From the sequence record SRR2962707_3124: DNA of 64,000 nt; one strand, given 5' to 3'. Position 1 is the first letter of the stretch. Every line of letters starts with the position of its first letter. Shown here piece after piece: positions 21,905 to 33,376 of the stretch. A model generated the notes under the pieces. The model made no database searches, was not told the origin of the DNA, and saw only the letters and a program-made list of their open reading frames with translations. The position numbers were made by a program, and so were the translations under genes.

Positions 21905-22864
21905 TTAGTCAACTGCGTGTTTTTGAGCACGCAGCGTTTTGACTGTATCATCGCCAATATGTCGTTTGCCGCGCTTTGCGGCCAACTCGCTTTGCTTTTG
22001 GCGCTCTGCAAATCGCGCGCGATCTTCATCGCTATATTCATCATAGCAATGATGACAGCTAATCCCTGCAACGAATTTATCGGAGCGCAGATCTTCCGGC
22101 GATAATGGATGACGGCAAGCACGGCATAATTTATGGTCGCCAAGTTCAAGGCCATGTTTGACAGAAACGCGTTCGTCAAAAACGAAGCATTCGCCTTCCC
22201 ATGTGCTGTTCTCTTCGGGAACCTCTTCTAGATATTTTAAAATGCCGCCTTTGAGATGATAGACATCATCATAGCCAAGGCTTTTGACATAGGCTGTCGA
22301 TTTTTCGCAGCGAATCCCGCCTGTGCAGAACATGGCAATTTTCTTGCCTTTTAGGCTGTTTTCGTTGCGCTTCACCCAGTCTGGAAACTCGCGGAAAGCA
22401 TCCGTTTCAGGATTAATCGCGTTCTTGAACGTGCCTACTTTGATTTCATAATCATTGCGCGTGTCGATGACGATGGTGTTGGGATCTTGGATAAGATCAT
22501 TCCAGTCTTCAGGCTCAACATAGGTACCAACGATTTTCGTTGGGTCTGTTTCTTCAACACCCATCGCGACGATCTCTTTTTTGAGACGCACTTTGAGGCG
22601 GTAAAACGGAAGATTTTCTGCAAAGCTTTCTTTGTGTTCAAGCGCTGCAAATTCTGGCAAATCTCGGATAAAGGCGAGAACATTATCGATGCCTTGGCGC
22701 GAACCTGCAATGGTTCCATTGATGCCTTCTGAGGCGAGCAAAAGGGTTCCGACAACGCCGTTTTCTTGGCAGAGTTGGGTTAATGGCTCTTGCAGTTCTT
22801 TGTATCGTTCAAAACGTGCAAAGTGATAAAGCGCCGCGACGACAATGTTTTCTTCTACTCTCAT
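21905..22864 (-). CDS. trhO: Rhodanese-domain tRNA uridine(34) hydroxylase (UPF0176)
   Basis: [25 protein letters not shown] and [11 protein letters not shown]. Confidence 0.9.
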   Translation of the reverse strand: MRVEENIVVAALYHFARFERYKELQEPLTQLCQENGVVGTLLLASEGINGTIAGSRQGIDNVLAFIRDLPEFAALEHKESFAENLPFYRLKVRLKKEIVAMGVEETDPTKIVGTYVEPEDWNDLIQDPNTIVIDTRNDYEIKVGTFKNAINPETDAFREFPDWVKRNENSLKGKKIAMFCTGGIRCEKSTAYVKSLGYDDVYHLKGGILKYLEEVPEENSTWEGECFVFDERVSVKHGLELGDHKLCRACRHPLSPEDLRSDKFVAGISCHHCYDEYSDEDRARFAERQKQSELAAKRGKRHIGDDTVKTLRAQKHAVD

Positions 22865-22998
22865 AAACGCTCTTTAGCGCGGGAAATGACTGCGGTGAAG
22901 AGGCTTTGTGTCGCATATCTACAATAAGCCCGCCGCCTAACTTATCCAACCTAATGCTTCTCACCGCAAAATAATGGCTTTAACTTTGGAAGGTTGCC

Positions 22999-23907
22999 AT
23001 GTTCTCAGCTGAGACAATTAAAGAGATAGAGGCTGTTGCTCGCGAAGAAGGTATTGAGGTTGCAGCTTTGCTTGCCGTTGCTGAAGTGGAAAGTGGCGGC
23101 AAAGCATTTGCCTTTGTCAGCGGGAAGAAAGAACCGCTGATCCGATTTGAAGGCCATTATTTTGACCGGCTGATTGATCCAAATCGCCGCGATGAAGCAC
23201 GAAAGCTTGGTTTAGCATCAGCAAAGGCAGGCGGCGTTAAAAACCCGGCTGCGCAGGCAGAGCGCTGGCGCATCCTTTATCGCGCTGCACGGATTGATCG
23301 CATTGCCGCATTGCAGTCTGTGTCATGGGGAATAGGGCAGGTGATGGGTAGCCATTGGAAGGCGCTCGGCTATCAATCAGTTGATGAACTTGTCTCTGAT
23401 GTGCGGGTCTCCATCGCTGGACAGGTTCGATTGATGGTGCGTTTTATCCGCGTCAATGGCTTGCTTGATAAATTAGCCGCGCGTGACTGGGCCGGATTTG
23501 CGCGGGTTTACAATGGGCCTTCCTATAAAAGAAACAATTATGACACCCGCCTTGCTGCGGCCTATGATCGTCATAGAAATACTCGCCTGTTAAAATCAGC
23601 TAATCGCGGTGAGCTTTTAGCTTTGGGTTCAACGAATAAGTCCCAATCCGTTGCAGAGTTGCAGGCGCTGCTTACAGCCGCTGGTTTTGCGGTTGTTTCA
23701 AGCGGATATTTTGACGAGGCAACACACCAAGCTGTTCGGCGTTTCCAAAAAAGTGAAGGGCTCACTGTCGATGGTGTTTATGGTCCGGTGACGCGCGCCG
23801 CATTGGTTAGGGCAGTTCCCAAGCTCGGATCATGGAAGAAAATCATCAATCTTATGTTTAAAATTTTGCGCAATTTGGCGCGGGTTAGGTTCCGAACCAA
23901 AATTTAA
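22999..23907 (+). CDS. N-acetylmuramidase (DUF3380) with C-terminal peptidoglycan-binding domain
   Basis: AVAEVES.G, IRFEGHYF, SWGIGQVMG, FARVYNGP.Y..N.YD and PG_binding_1-like AVRRFQKSEGLTVDGVYGPVT. Confidence 0.88.
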   Translation: MFSAETIKEIEAVAREEGIEVAALLAVAEVESGGKAFAFVSGKKEPLIRFEGHYFDRLIDPNRRDEARKLGLASAKAGGVKNPAAQAERWRILYRAARIDRIAALQSVSWGIGQVMGSHWKALGYQSVDELVSDVRVSIAGQVRLMVRFIRVNGLLDKLAARDWAGFARVYNGPSYKRNNYDTRLAAAYDRHRNTRLLKSANRGELLALGSTNKSQSVAELQALLTAAGFAVVSSGYFDEATHQAVRRFQKSEGLTVDGVYGPVTRAALVRAVPKLGSWKKIINLMFKILRNLARVRFRTKI

Positions 23908-23917
23908 TCGATTTAAA
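23903..23917. promoter_or_regulatory. PckR-type LacI operator upstream of eda
   Basis: Near-palindrome TTTAATCGATTTAAA with central CG, about 80 nt upstream of eda. Confidence 0.65.
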
Positions 23918-23997
23918 AATTGTGCTGATACTCTGGACATGGTGCGGTCATCTGCATTACGCATAAAGCATATAGTTTCCACTGAATGGATGTGATG

Positions 23998-24630
23998 ATG
24001 TCTCAAAATACAAATGCTCTAATTCCGATTATGACCGGCCAGCGCGTCATTCCTGTTATCGTTCTCGATAATGCAGATCATGCGGTGCCGCTCGCGCGCG
24101 CACTTGCTGCTGGCGGCTTGCCTGCGGTTGAAATTACGATGCGTACGGATGCAGCACTTGAAAGCATTGCACGCGTTGCAGCCGAAGTGCCGGAAGCCAT
24201 CGTGGGTGCGGGTACCATTTTGAATGCGCGCAATTGGAAAGATGCTGTCGCTGCAGGATCTAAATTTATTGTTTCGCCAGGTCTAACACCGGAGTTGGTT
24301 GCTGCTGCTGAAGGCAGTGATGTGCCATTATTGCCTGGTGCGGTAACAGCATCAGAAATTATGGTCGCAATGGAAGCAGGTTATACGCATCTGAAATTCT
24401 TCCCTGCTGAGCAGGCTGGTGGTTCTGCTTATCTTAAATCTTGCTCATCGGTTTTTGGCACCGTTAAATTCTGCCCAACAGGTGGCATTTCGGTCAAAAA
24501 CGCGAACGACTATTTAAGTCTTTCAAACGTGCTTTGTGTCGGCGGTTCATGGGTCGCGCCAAAAGATATGATTGAAGCAGGTGACTGGGATGGTATTACC
24601 GCCCTTGCAAAAGCGGCGGCGAATATCTGA
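23998..24630 (+). CDS. eda: KDPG/KHG aldolase
   Basis: EITMRT, VGAGT, FIVSPG, LKFFPAE, FCPTGGI and VGGSW. Confidence 0.96.
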   Translation: MSQNTNALIPIMTGQRVIPVIVLDNADHAVPLARALAAGGLPAVEITMRTDAALESIARVAAEVPEAIVGAGTILNARNWKDAVAAGSKFIVSPGLTPELVAAAEGSDVPLLPGAVTASEIMVAMEAGYTHLKFFPAEQAGGSAYLKSCSSVFGTVKFCPTGGISVKNANDYLSLSNVLCVGGSWVAPKDMIEAGDWDGITALAKAAANI

Positions 24631-24679
24631 TATTTGAAAGCTTGATTAGCCAAATAAATCAAGGATTAGTGAGCGTATT

Positions 24680-25096
24680 ATGGGTGATAAAATTACTGTT
24701 GAAACGGTCGTTTCTGCACCAGTAGCGCAAGTTTATCTTGCGTATACATCCCCTGACGCCATCACAAAATGGAATGCAGCTTCGGATGATTGGCACACCA
24801 CCACGGCGGATATTGATCTGAGAGTTGGTGGTGCCTTTGTTTATCGCATGGAAGCAAAAGACGGAAGTTTCGGGTTTGATTTTGCAGGTACTTTTACGGA
24901 TATCAAACCAAACCGCCGTATTAATTACAATTTTGGTGATCGTAGCTGCGAGGTTGAATTTTTGCCTCATGCCGGTGGCATTGCGGTGCGCGTTTCATTT
25001 GATCCTGAAGATGAAAACCCCATTGAAATGCAGCGCGATGGATGGCAGGCAATATTGGACAATTTCAAAAAATATGTCGAGGCGCATAGCGCTTAA
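24680..25096 (+). CDS. SRPBCC / AHSA1-like protein
   Basis: WNAASDDWHT, DLRVGG.F.YRMEAKDGSFGFDF and QRDGWQAILDNF. Confidence 0.85.
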   Translation: MGDKITVETVVSAPVAQVYLAYTSPDAITKWNAASDDWHTTTADIDLRVGGAFVYRMEAKDGSFGFDFAGTFTDIKPNRRINYNFGDRSCEVEFLPHAGGIAVRVSFDPEDENPIEMQRDGWQAILDNFKKYVEAHSA

Positions 25097-25160
25097 GTTA
25101 AATTGCTATGGCATGCGAATTTTAGTTTGACTTAAAAATTGCATTCACTTGTCACTCATT

Positions 25161-25192
25161 AAAAAGCCCGGGCTCATTGCCCGGGCTTCTTT
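25161..25192. terminator. Intrinsic terminator between convergent SRPBCC and TRAP SBP genes
   Basis: AAAAAGCCCGGGC-TCATT-GCCCGGGCTTCTTT. Confidence 0.85.
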
Positions 25193-25226
25193 GTTTCTAA
25201 AGCTCTAACTTATCAGAGTTTACTTC

Positions 25227-26429
<1,203 letters not shown>

Positions 26430-26590
26430 CTAGTATCGGGATAGTCGTCTGGTAAATTTTTTTGTCCACTTGGCGGAAAATATCAGCTTGATATTGATTT
26501 TGCTGAAAAATTAGGCAGCAAATATCATTTGCATTCGACGAAATTGAGATTAAATCAGACACTAAATCTAAGAAAATAGGGACTAAATCC

Positions 26591-27337
26591 GTGCAGCCAA
26601 TTGTTGCCATTGTGGCCGATAAAAGAGAATTTGATAATTATCAGTGGCATGCCGTGCCACATCAGTATTTAGCTGCGACTTTTCATGTGGCCGGTGTCTT
26701 ACCGCTGATGGTGCCAGCTTTCGGTGCAGAGATCGATTTTGATAGTTTGCTTGATCGTGTTGACGGTGTTGTCATGTCTGGATCGAAGACCAATGTTCAT
26801 CCCAGCAACTTTGGTGTTGAGGCGCATGAAAAATTTGAACCTTATGATTTGGACCGCGATGCAACATCGCTGCCATTGATACGGGCTGCGATTGAAAAAG
26901 GTGTTCCGCTTTTTGCTATTTGCCGCGGTATTCAAGAACTGAATGTTGCGCTTGGCGGATCACTTGCGACTGAAATTCAGGAGAAGGACGGTGTTAACGA
27001 TCACCGTGCACCGGTTTCAACTGACAGTAATGAGCGGTTTGCGCTTGCGCATGAAATCAATGTAAAGCCAAATGGTTGCATTGATAAAATCATTGGCGGC
27101 CAAGCGCGTGTAAACTCGCTTCATCGTCAAGCCATCGATAATTTGGCACCGCGTTTGCAAGCAGAGGCCACGGCCGAAGATGGCACAATCGAAGCGGTCT
27201 CGGTTATTGACTCAAAAGGTTATGCTGTTGGCGTTCAATGGCATCCAGAATATTGGGCGAGCACTGACGATACGTCGCGTAAACTATTTGAAGCTTTTGG
27301 TGATGCTGTTCGTAGCTACGCTTCTTCGAAGGCTTAA
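26591..27337 (+). CDS. puuD: Gamma-glutamyl-gamma-aminobutyrate hydrolase family (peptidase C26)
   Basis: AICRGIQELNVALGG, VNSLHRQ and GVQWHPE. Confidence 0.8.
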   Translation: MQPIVAIVADKREFDNYQWHAVPHQYLAATFHVAGVLPLMVPAFGAEIDFDSLLDRVDGVVMSGSKTNVHPSNFGVEAHEKFEPYDLDRDATSLPLIRAAIEKGVPLFAICRGIQELNVALGGSLATEIQEKDGVNDHRAPVSTDSNERFALAHEINVKPNGCIDKIIGGQARVNSLHRQAIDNLAPRLQAEATAEDGTIEAVSVIDSKGYAVGVQWHPEYWASTDDTSRKLFEAFGDAVRSYASSKA

Positions 27338-27777
27338 AGCGCGTCTAGAGAAACATTGAGATTTTTAGGCTCAATGACTTCCCAAGCAACGCCGTCGCCG
27401 CGCGCAAGCGTCATCAGATTATTGCCTTGGCGATCACTAATGGTGACGGTTTCTTTTGCGCCTTCTTTCCACGCGCGCGCGGAGGAAATTTCTGTTAGCG
27501 CCGCGTTGCAACCAGCTTCCGGCTCTATGCGATGTACGTCGTAGCCTTCAGCGCGATGCAAATGAACCACGCATGTTTGGTTGGTCACATGGTTTATCAG
27601 GGTAAAGTCATTGGCATTTGGATTGGTGCGCGGCACTGAAGCGATGCTGGCGGTGCTCATCATATCAACGCCTTCTGCATCGCCTCGGAAATTTGCTTGA
27701 GATGCGCCCAGTGTAATCATGCCCGCTACGCCAGCTATCGCCGCGCAATTTAAAATCGATGTTCCTGAAAAACCCAT
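27334..27777 (-). CDS. Exported protein, probable AprI/Inh protease-inhibitor-like beta-barrel
   Basis: N-terminal hydrophobic segment; C-x20-C...W...G..l..l..gDG pattern resembling the Inh family. Confidence 0.55.
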   Translation of the reverse strand: MGFSGTSILNCAAIAGVAGMITLGASQANFRGDAEGVDMMSTASIASVPRTNPNANDFTLINHVTNQTCVVHLHRAEGYDVHRIEPEAGCNAALTEISSARAWKEGAKETVTISDRQGNNLMTLARGDGVAWEVIEPKNLNVSLDAL

Positions 27778-27820
27778 GCCAATCCCCAAATTTGTCCGAA
27801 GATATTATGGGCATTGTGTG

Positions 27821-27836
27821 GTTAATAGCTGATTAA
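27821..27836 (-). promoter_or_regulatory. CtrA box
   Basis: Minus strand TTAA-TCAGCTA-TTAAC (perfect consensus), followed 11 nt later by CATAAT, upstream of the Inh-like gene. Confidence 0.75.
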
Positions 27837-27846
27837 ACAGCCTAAT

Positions 27847-28824
27847 TTAGCCTTTGGAATTTAAGTGTTTTGTTTCAGGTGTTGGCGTTACGGCTGCGCC
27901 GTCGGTGAACCATTTATTCAAGTTTTCAATAACGAGGTCGCCCATTGCCTGCCTTGTATCGACAGACGCGGAAGCAACATGGGGCAAAAGACTTGCATTT
28001 GGCAGGTCGATCAGTGCTTGTGGCACCTTAGGTTCATATTCGAAAACATCTAAGCCTGCCGCAGCAATCGTATTGTTCTCTAACGCTTCAATGAGTGCTT
28101 TTTCATCGACAACTGGCCCGCGACCGACATTGACGAGTACGCCTCTTTGGCCGAGCGCACTAAGAATATCGGCGTTGACCGCATGATGCGTTTGCGGTGT
28201 CGCAGGAACCACGACGATAAGCGTGTCGACGCTTTCTGCCATGCCTTTTAGCGTCGAGTGGTAGGTATAATCGACGCCCTCAACTTCATTGCGGCTGTGG
28301 TAGTGAATGGGAACATCGAAACCGCTCAAGCGCTTAGCAATGGTTTGGCCAATGCGGCCAAGACCAAAAATGCCGATGCTTCGCCCGCGCATTGATAGAG
28401 TGGAAAGTGGTGCAGGGCCATTCGCGGCCCATTGTCCCGAACGCAAATACGTCTCTTTGTGATAGAAGCCACGCACCGCATTGAGCAACAATGCGATGGT
28501 CGTGTCGGCAACTTCATCATCCAATACATGGGGTGTGTGTGAAACGACAACGCCTTTTTGCGCTGCATGTTTCGCATCGATGTGATCATATCCAACGCCA
28601 AAGGATGAAATGATTTCTAAATTCGGCAGCGCATCGATCAGTGCAGCATCTACGGTCATAAACAAGGAGGCAATTGCGCGGATTTTTTCGCGCTCGCTTA
28701 GCGGCAGCGCTAATGCCTTTTCATGGTTGACGCTCGTCGCATCATAGATGCTCTTTAGGTTTTCGCGCGTGGCTTGGTGACCGTTTTCATCAACGAGAAT
28801 ACAAGTAGACTTTAAGCTAGGCAT
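27847..28824 (-). CDS. D-2-hydroxyacid dehydrogenase
   Basis: FGVGYD, GLGRIG, NVGRG, LDVFEYEP and LPHVAS. Confidence 0.92.
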   Translation of the reverse strand: MPSLKSTCILVDENGHQATRENLKSIYDATSVNHEKALALPLSEREKIRAIASLFMTVDAALIDALPNLEIISSFGVGYDHIDAKHAAQKGVVVSHTPHVLDDEVADTTIALLLNAVRGFYHKETYLRSGQWAANGPAPLSTLSMRGRSIGIFGLGRIGQTIAKRLSGFDVPIHYHSRNEVEGVDYTYHSTLKGMAESVDTLIVVVPATPQTHHAVNADILSALGQRGVLVNVGRGPVVDEKALIEALENNTIAAAGLDVFEYEPKVPQALIDLPNASLLPHVASASVDTRQAMGDLVIENLNKWFTDGAAVTPTPETKHLNSKG

Positions 28825-28838
28825 ATTTATTTCCGTGT

Positions 28839-29864
28839 TTAATTTCGTTCGACAGGTTTGCTAGTTGATTGACGAATATGAAGCTCTGGTTTGATGAGCG
28901 TTAAATCACCATCAGATGAATGCTTGCCTTCAATCCGGTCTAGCAAAGCGCGCGCGGCAAGTCTGCCCACATCTGGCTGTCCATTGAGAACTGTGGTGAG
29001 GGCTGGCGTAGCGATGGCTGCTTCTTCAAGGTCGTCATAGCCGGTAACTGAGATATCAATGCCAGGGCGAAGACCCGCACGGGCGATACCGCTCATTAGG
29101 CCGATGGCTGCTAGATCGTTCCAGCAAACGGCAGCCGTTGGGCGATCGGGCAGCGCAAGAAATTGGCCCGCGGCTTCAAAGCCTGCGGCCTTGGTGCGCG
29201 GCCCTTCAATGCGCCATTCGTTTTTAACTTCCAGCCCTGCTTTGCGCATGGCGGAAACATAGCCTTCATAGCGGTCGCGGCCGGTTGATGTTTTGTCTGT
29301 ACCGCCAACCATTGCGATGCGTTTATGGCCAAGTGAAATCAGGTGGTTAGTCGCAAGGCTGATGCCGAATTTGTCGTCTCCGCGAAAAACCGGAACATGC
29401 GCGCCGGGGACTGAACGGGCAACAAAAACGGTTGGCAGGCCGTTTTTCGTCAAGAGTTCGATGTCTTCCACGGGCGTATCAATGGCCGGTGACATAATCA
29501 CGCCATCAGCGCCAAGCTGTAGCAGAGTCTCAAGGAAGTCACGTTGCTTTTCGACACGGTCATAATGGTTGGACAGAATAAATGTCTGGCGTGAACGGTC
29601 GAGTTCCATCTCGATGGCTCTTAGAATCTCGCCATAGAAAGGGTTCATAATGTCATGAACAACAACGCCGAGAATGCCCGATTTTGAGGTGCGAAGGCTC
29701 GCGGCACGGCGGTTATAAATATAACCCATTTCCAATGCGTGGGCTTTAACCTTCTCGCGGGTTGCTTCAGCAACGAGGGGGCTATCACGAAGCGCTAAGG
29801 AAACCGTGGCCGTTGATACGCCCAAAGATTCCCCAATTGTTGATAGTTTTACTTTCTGTGCCAC
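28839..29864 (-). CDS. pckR: LacI family regulator, probable PckR (central carbon metabolism)
   Basis: HTH KLSTIGESLGVSTATVSLAL; synteny near the odc/LysR locus as recalled for rhizobial PckR; matching operator upstream of eda. The symbol is an inference. Confidence 0.7.
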   Translation of the reverse strand: MAQKVKLSTIGESLGVSTATVSLALRDSPLVAEATREKVKAHALEMGYIYNRRAASLRTSKSGILGVVVHDIMNPFYGEILRAIEMELDRSRQTFILSNHYDRVEKQRDFLETLLQLGADGVIMSPAIDTPVEDIELLTKNGLPTVFVARSVPGAHVPVFRGDDKFGISLATNHLISLGHKRIAMVGGTDKTSTGRDRYEGYVSAMRKAGLEVKNEWRIEGPRTKAAGFEAAGQFLALPDRPTAAVCWNDLAAIGLMSGIARAGLRPGIDISVTGYDDLEEAAIATPALTTVLNGQPDVGRLAARALLDRIEGKHSSDGDLTLIKPELHIRQSTSKPVERN

Positions 29865-30013
29865 TGTAATTGTTCCCCAATACACAAAATTTAAAAATTT
29901 AAGTTCTTTTAGATTATTTTAAGTTCGGCGCAAAGCATTAAAATTTGTGACATTCGGATTGCGAAACCGCTAAGCCTCGTGCTGTATGGAAAGCCGTGAA
30001 AATGGAAAATAAA

Positions 30014-31357
30014 ATGACCGGTAAGAGACTTTGGATAAAGAACCCGCTTGCAATTCTTGCGCCGGAGGGCGTTGATGCCGGCGGCGGCGTGGTCGTTGCC
30101 AAAGCCAAGATTGTTGAGCATGTGCCGACAGGTAAAAAACCCGCTGGCGTGTACTCAGTTTTCGATGCGTCGAATCATGTCGTGCTGCCCGGTCTGATCA
30201 ACACGCACCATCATTTTTATCAAACACTAACGCGCGCGCATCCTGATGCGATCAACCGCGAATTGTTCCCATGGCTGCAAGCGCTCTATCCATTGTGGAC
30301 GCGGCTTACGCCTGACAGCTTGAAATTGGCCACAGAAGTTGCGCTTGTTGAATTGATGATGAGCGGTGTTACCTGTGCCTCCGATCATCATTATGTTTAT
30401 CCAAATGGGCTCGATGATGCGATGGATATTCAGGCTGAAGTGGCTGGCTCGCTCAATATGCGCATGGTGCTCAATCGGGGGTCTATGAACCTCTCGGTTA
30501 AAGATGGTGGCCTGCCACCTGAAAACATTGTGCAAGATGCAGATACGATTCTAGCCGATTGCGAGCGGGTTATTTCAAAATATCATTGCTCGGATGAAGG
30601 GGCGATGCTGCAGGTCGCGCTTGCGCCTTGTTCACCATTTTCGGTAACGAAACAGCTAATGAGCGACACGGCGACCTTAGCCAAAAAGTGCGGCTGTGCA
30701 CTGCATACGCATTTGGCGGAAACTGAAGATGAAAACAGCTTTTGCTTAGAAACGATGGGCTGCCGTCCACTGGATTATTTGGAAGAAACTGGCTGGCTCA
30801 CCGATAAAACTTGGCTCGCCCACGGCATTTATTTCAATGATGATGAGATCAAGCGTTTGGGCAAGGCTGGCACTGGCGTATCGCACTGCCCATCATCCAA
30901 CATGGTCTTGGCATCGGGCCAATGTCGAACACGCGAACTGGAAGCCGCAGGCGTTAAAGTGGGCCTTGGCGTTGATGGTTCGGCGTCTTCAGACAGTTCC
31001 AATTTGATGGAAGGCGTGCGCCATGCGCTGATGATCAACCGGCTAACCTATGATGCGACGGTGACACATTTTGATGCGTTTCGCTGGGCCACGCAAGGAT
31101 CTGCTCAATGCTTGGGCCGCGATGATCTAGGTTCACTGGATATCGGCAAGCAGGCGGATTTGGCGATGTTTACGCTCGACGAGCTACGTTTTTCTGGCGC
31201 TCATGATCCACTCGCTGCGCTGGTGCTGTGCGGCGCTCATGCGGCTGACCGTGTGATGGTTGCTGGCAAGTGGACCGTTGAAGACGGCAACCCTATTGGC
31301 ATTGATTTGGCGAAATTGCGCGCAGACCATGGACAAGCGGCGAAAATATTTGCCTAA
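30014..31357 (+). CDS. 8-oxoguanine deaminase (amidohydrolase)
   Basis: PGLINTHHHFYQTLTR, APCSPFSV, HTHLAE, HCPSSN and GLGVDGSAS. Confidence 0.88.
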   Translation: MTGKRLWIKNPLAILAPEGVDAGGGVVVAKAKIVEHVPTGKKPAGVYSVFDASNHVVLPGLINTHHHFYQTLTRAHPDAINRELFPWLQALYPLWTRLTPDSLKLATEVALVELMMSGVTCASDHHYVYPNGLDDAMDIQAEVAGSLNMRMVLNRGSMNLSVKDGGLPPENIVQDADTILADCERVISKYHCSDEGAMLQVALAPCSPFSVTKQLMSDTATLAKKCGCALHTHLAETEDENSFCLETMGCRPLDYLEETGWLTDKTWLAHGIYFNDDEIKRLGKAGTGVSHCPSSNMVLASGQCRTRELEAAGVKVGLGVDGSASSDSSNLMEGVRHALMINRLTYDATVTHFDAFRWATQGSAQCLGRDDLGSLDIGKQADLAMFTLDELRFSGAHDPLAALVLCGAHAADRVMVAGKWTVEDGNPIGIDLAKLRADHGQAAKIFA

Positions 31358-31383
31358 GCAATTCTCGTCGCTTGGTGCTTTAA

Positions 31384-31971
31384 TTAAGCAGCGCAGACTT
31401 TCTGCATTTTTTGTGCGCGGTGTAATTTGCGGCCTGTTGGCGTGATCAAGCCACGTGCTTGATCAATGGCGCCGTCTTTAAGCTCAAGGGCCAAAAGACG
31501 ATGTGTTTCAAATGGGCCAGGCATGGCAAGTGCTGCGGTCTTTTGTGAAGAGAAACCGAAGCGGTTGTAATATTCAGGATCACCCACAAGAACGATAGCG
31601 CCATGTCCGCGCATCTTCGCGCTTTCAATGGCGACATGCATGAGCGCAGAGCCGATGCCTGATGATTTGATCGCTGGGTTTACCGCAAGCGGTCCAAGCA
31701 AAAGCGCTGAAATTGGCGCACCTGTATCATCTGTACCAGCGGCAATGTCCCATAGGCGCACAGTGCCGATCACTGCGCCGTCATGGTCACGCGCAACAAA
31801 TGCCAATCCTGCAGATGGCAAATAACCACGGCGCAAAGCATTTGAGCTTTTGCGACGCCAATTTGCTGTCATCGCAGCGTCTAGAAGTACGTTCCGCGCA
31901 TGAGCGTCGCCAGCTTTCTCCAAACCAATGGAGAAAGTCGCAACTGTAGCGCTGTTTACGAAATGGTGCAT
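31384..31971 (-). CDS. GNAT N-acetyltransferase (YhbS-like)
   Basis: LLLGPLAV.P...GIGSALM and LVGDPEYYNRFGF. Confidence 0.88.
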   Translation of the reverse strand: MHHFVNSATVATFSIGLEKAGDAHARNVLLDAAMTANWRRKSSNALRRGYLPSAGLAFVARDHDGAVIGTVRLWDIAAGTDDTGAPISALLLGPLAVNPAIKSSGIGSALMHVAIESAKMRGHGAIVLVGDPEYYNRFGFSSQKTAALAMPGPFETHRLLALELKDGAIDQARGLITPTGRKLHRAQKMQKVCAA

Positions 31972-32004
31972 GACACCGACCCTATAAAAGAGGCTAAACG
32001 CGGA

Positions 32005-33138
32005 TTAAATGACGTAGGCTTTAAGCGGCTCAAAGCCGTTAAAAGCCACAGCGGAATAGGTCGTGGTGTAAGCACCCGTGCCTTCAATTAGTACTTCATC
32101 GCCAATGGTCAATGACACAGGCATTGGGTACGGATTTTTCTCATAGAGAACGTCGGCGCTGTCGCATGTTGGACCAGCCAAAACACAAGGTGTTTTTTCG
32201 CCAGCATCGCGATCAGTCGTAATGTGGTAGCGAATTGCTTCGTCCATTGTTTCAGCAAGGCCGCCGAATTTGCCAATGTCAAGATAAACCCAGCGCACAT
32301 CGTCATTGGCTGATTTGTTTGAAATCAACACAACTTCAGTTTTGATCACGCCGGCATTGCCGACCATGCCGCGGCCTGGCTCGATGATTGTTTCAGGCAA
32401 GCGGTTGCCGAAGTGTTTGGTCAATGAGTCAAAAATTGACTGGCCGTAGGCTTCTGCCGTTGGAATGTCTTTGAGGTAGCGTGTTGGAAAACCGCCGCCC
32501 ATATTGACCATTTTCAACTGGATGCCAACGTTTGCCAATTGGTCGAAGATTGTGCGGGCATGGGACAAAGGCAAATCCCAAGCGTCAACTGCAGTCATCT
32601 GCGAGCCAACGTGGAAAGAAATACCATGCGCAACAAGGCCAAGTGCGTCTGCGTGTTTAAGCACATCTGCAGCCATTTCAGGCACACAACCAAATTTGCG
32701 AGAAAGCGGCCATTCAGCGCCTTCGCCGTCTGTTAGGATTCGGCAGAATACGCGAGCGCCAGCAGCTACGCGGGCTACTTTTTCAACTTCAGCTTCGCAG
32801 TCGACGGCGAACATTGACACGCCAAGGCCAAAAGCAGCCGCGATGTCGCGCTCTTTTTTGATTGTGTTGCCGAAAGATACGCGGTCAGGCGTTGCGCCAG
32901 CTTCAAGTGCCATTTGGATTTCAGCAACAGATGCGCAATCGAACGATGAACCCATGTCAGCAAGCAAGCGAAGAAGCGCTGGCTCTGGGTTCGCTTTAAC
33001 AGCGTAGAAGATTTTTGAATCGGGCAATGCGCGGCGGAACTTTGTAAAGTTCTCAGCGACAACTTCCAAGTCAACAATCAGGCATGGGCTTTCTGGGCGG
33101 CGGTTATTGATGAAGTCGATCATACGTGCGGTTGCCAT
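32005..33138 (-). CDS. odc: Ornithine/lysine decarboxylase (fold-type III PLP)
   Basis: FYAVKANP, FDCAS, KFG, SFHVGSQ, EPGR, GPTCDS and GAYT; start at the second ATG, 7 nt after GAGGA. Confidence 0.93.
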   Translation of the reverse strand: MATARMIDFINNRRPESPCLIVDLEVVAENFTKFRRALPDSKIFYAVKANPEPALLRLLADMGSSFDCASVAEIQMALEAGATPDRVSFGNTIKKERDIAAAFGLGVSMFAVDCEAEVEKVARVAAGARVFCRILTDGEGAEWPLSRKFGCVPEMAADVLKHADALGLVAHGISFHVGSQMTAVDAWDLPLSHARTIFDQLANVGIQLKMVNMGGGFPTRYLKDIPTAEAYGQSIFDSLTKHFGNRLPETIIEPGRGMVGNAGVIKTEVVLISNKSANDDVRWVYLDIGKFGGLAETMDEAIRYHITTDRDAGEKTPCVLAGPTCDSADVLYEKNPYPMPVSLTIGDEVLIEGTGAYTTTYSAVAFNGFEPLKAYVI

Positions 33139-33376
33139 CGGCATATCCTCAAAAGCAAGTCCGGCTTTGCCGGATCAGAACATAAAGATGCACGAACAAT
33201 AAAGACGCAATGCGACAATACTGAGCGAGCAGCGAGATTTGGTCCATTGTGGAGTGGACCGGTTCTGCCTTGGATTGGGGAATACTCCGCCGCACTTCGG
33301 GCAATGAAAGTGGTGTCTCGAAAAACCCCGGCGTTTGGACCGCCAGACGAGTAATTGTTGGGCTTCTAACCCTGAG

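Noticed and set aside
22999-23907. Prophage around the muramidase
   Set aside because: There is no integrase, structural, holin or att-like feature, and the neighbours are housekeeping genes.
29886-29945. AT-rich TTTAAAAATTTAA upstream of the LacI gene as an autoregulatory PckR site
   Set aside because: It lacks the central CG of the eda and pntA sites and is indistinguishable from AT-rich background.
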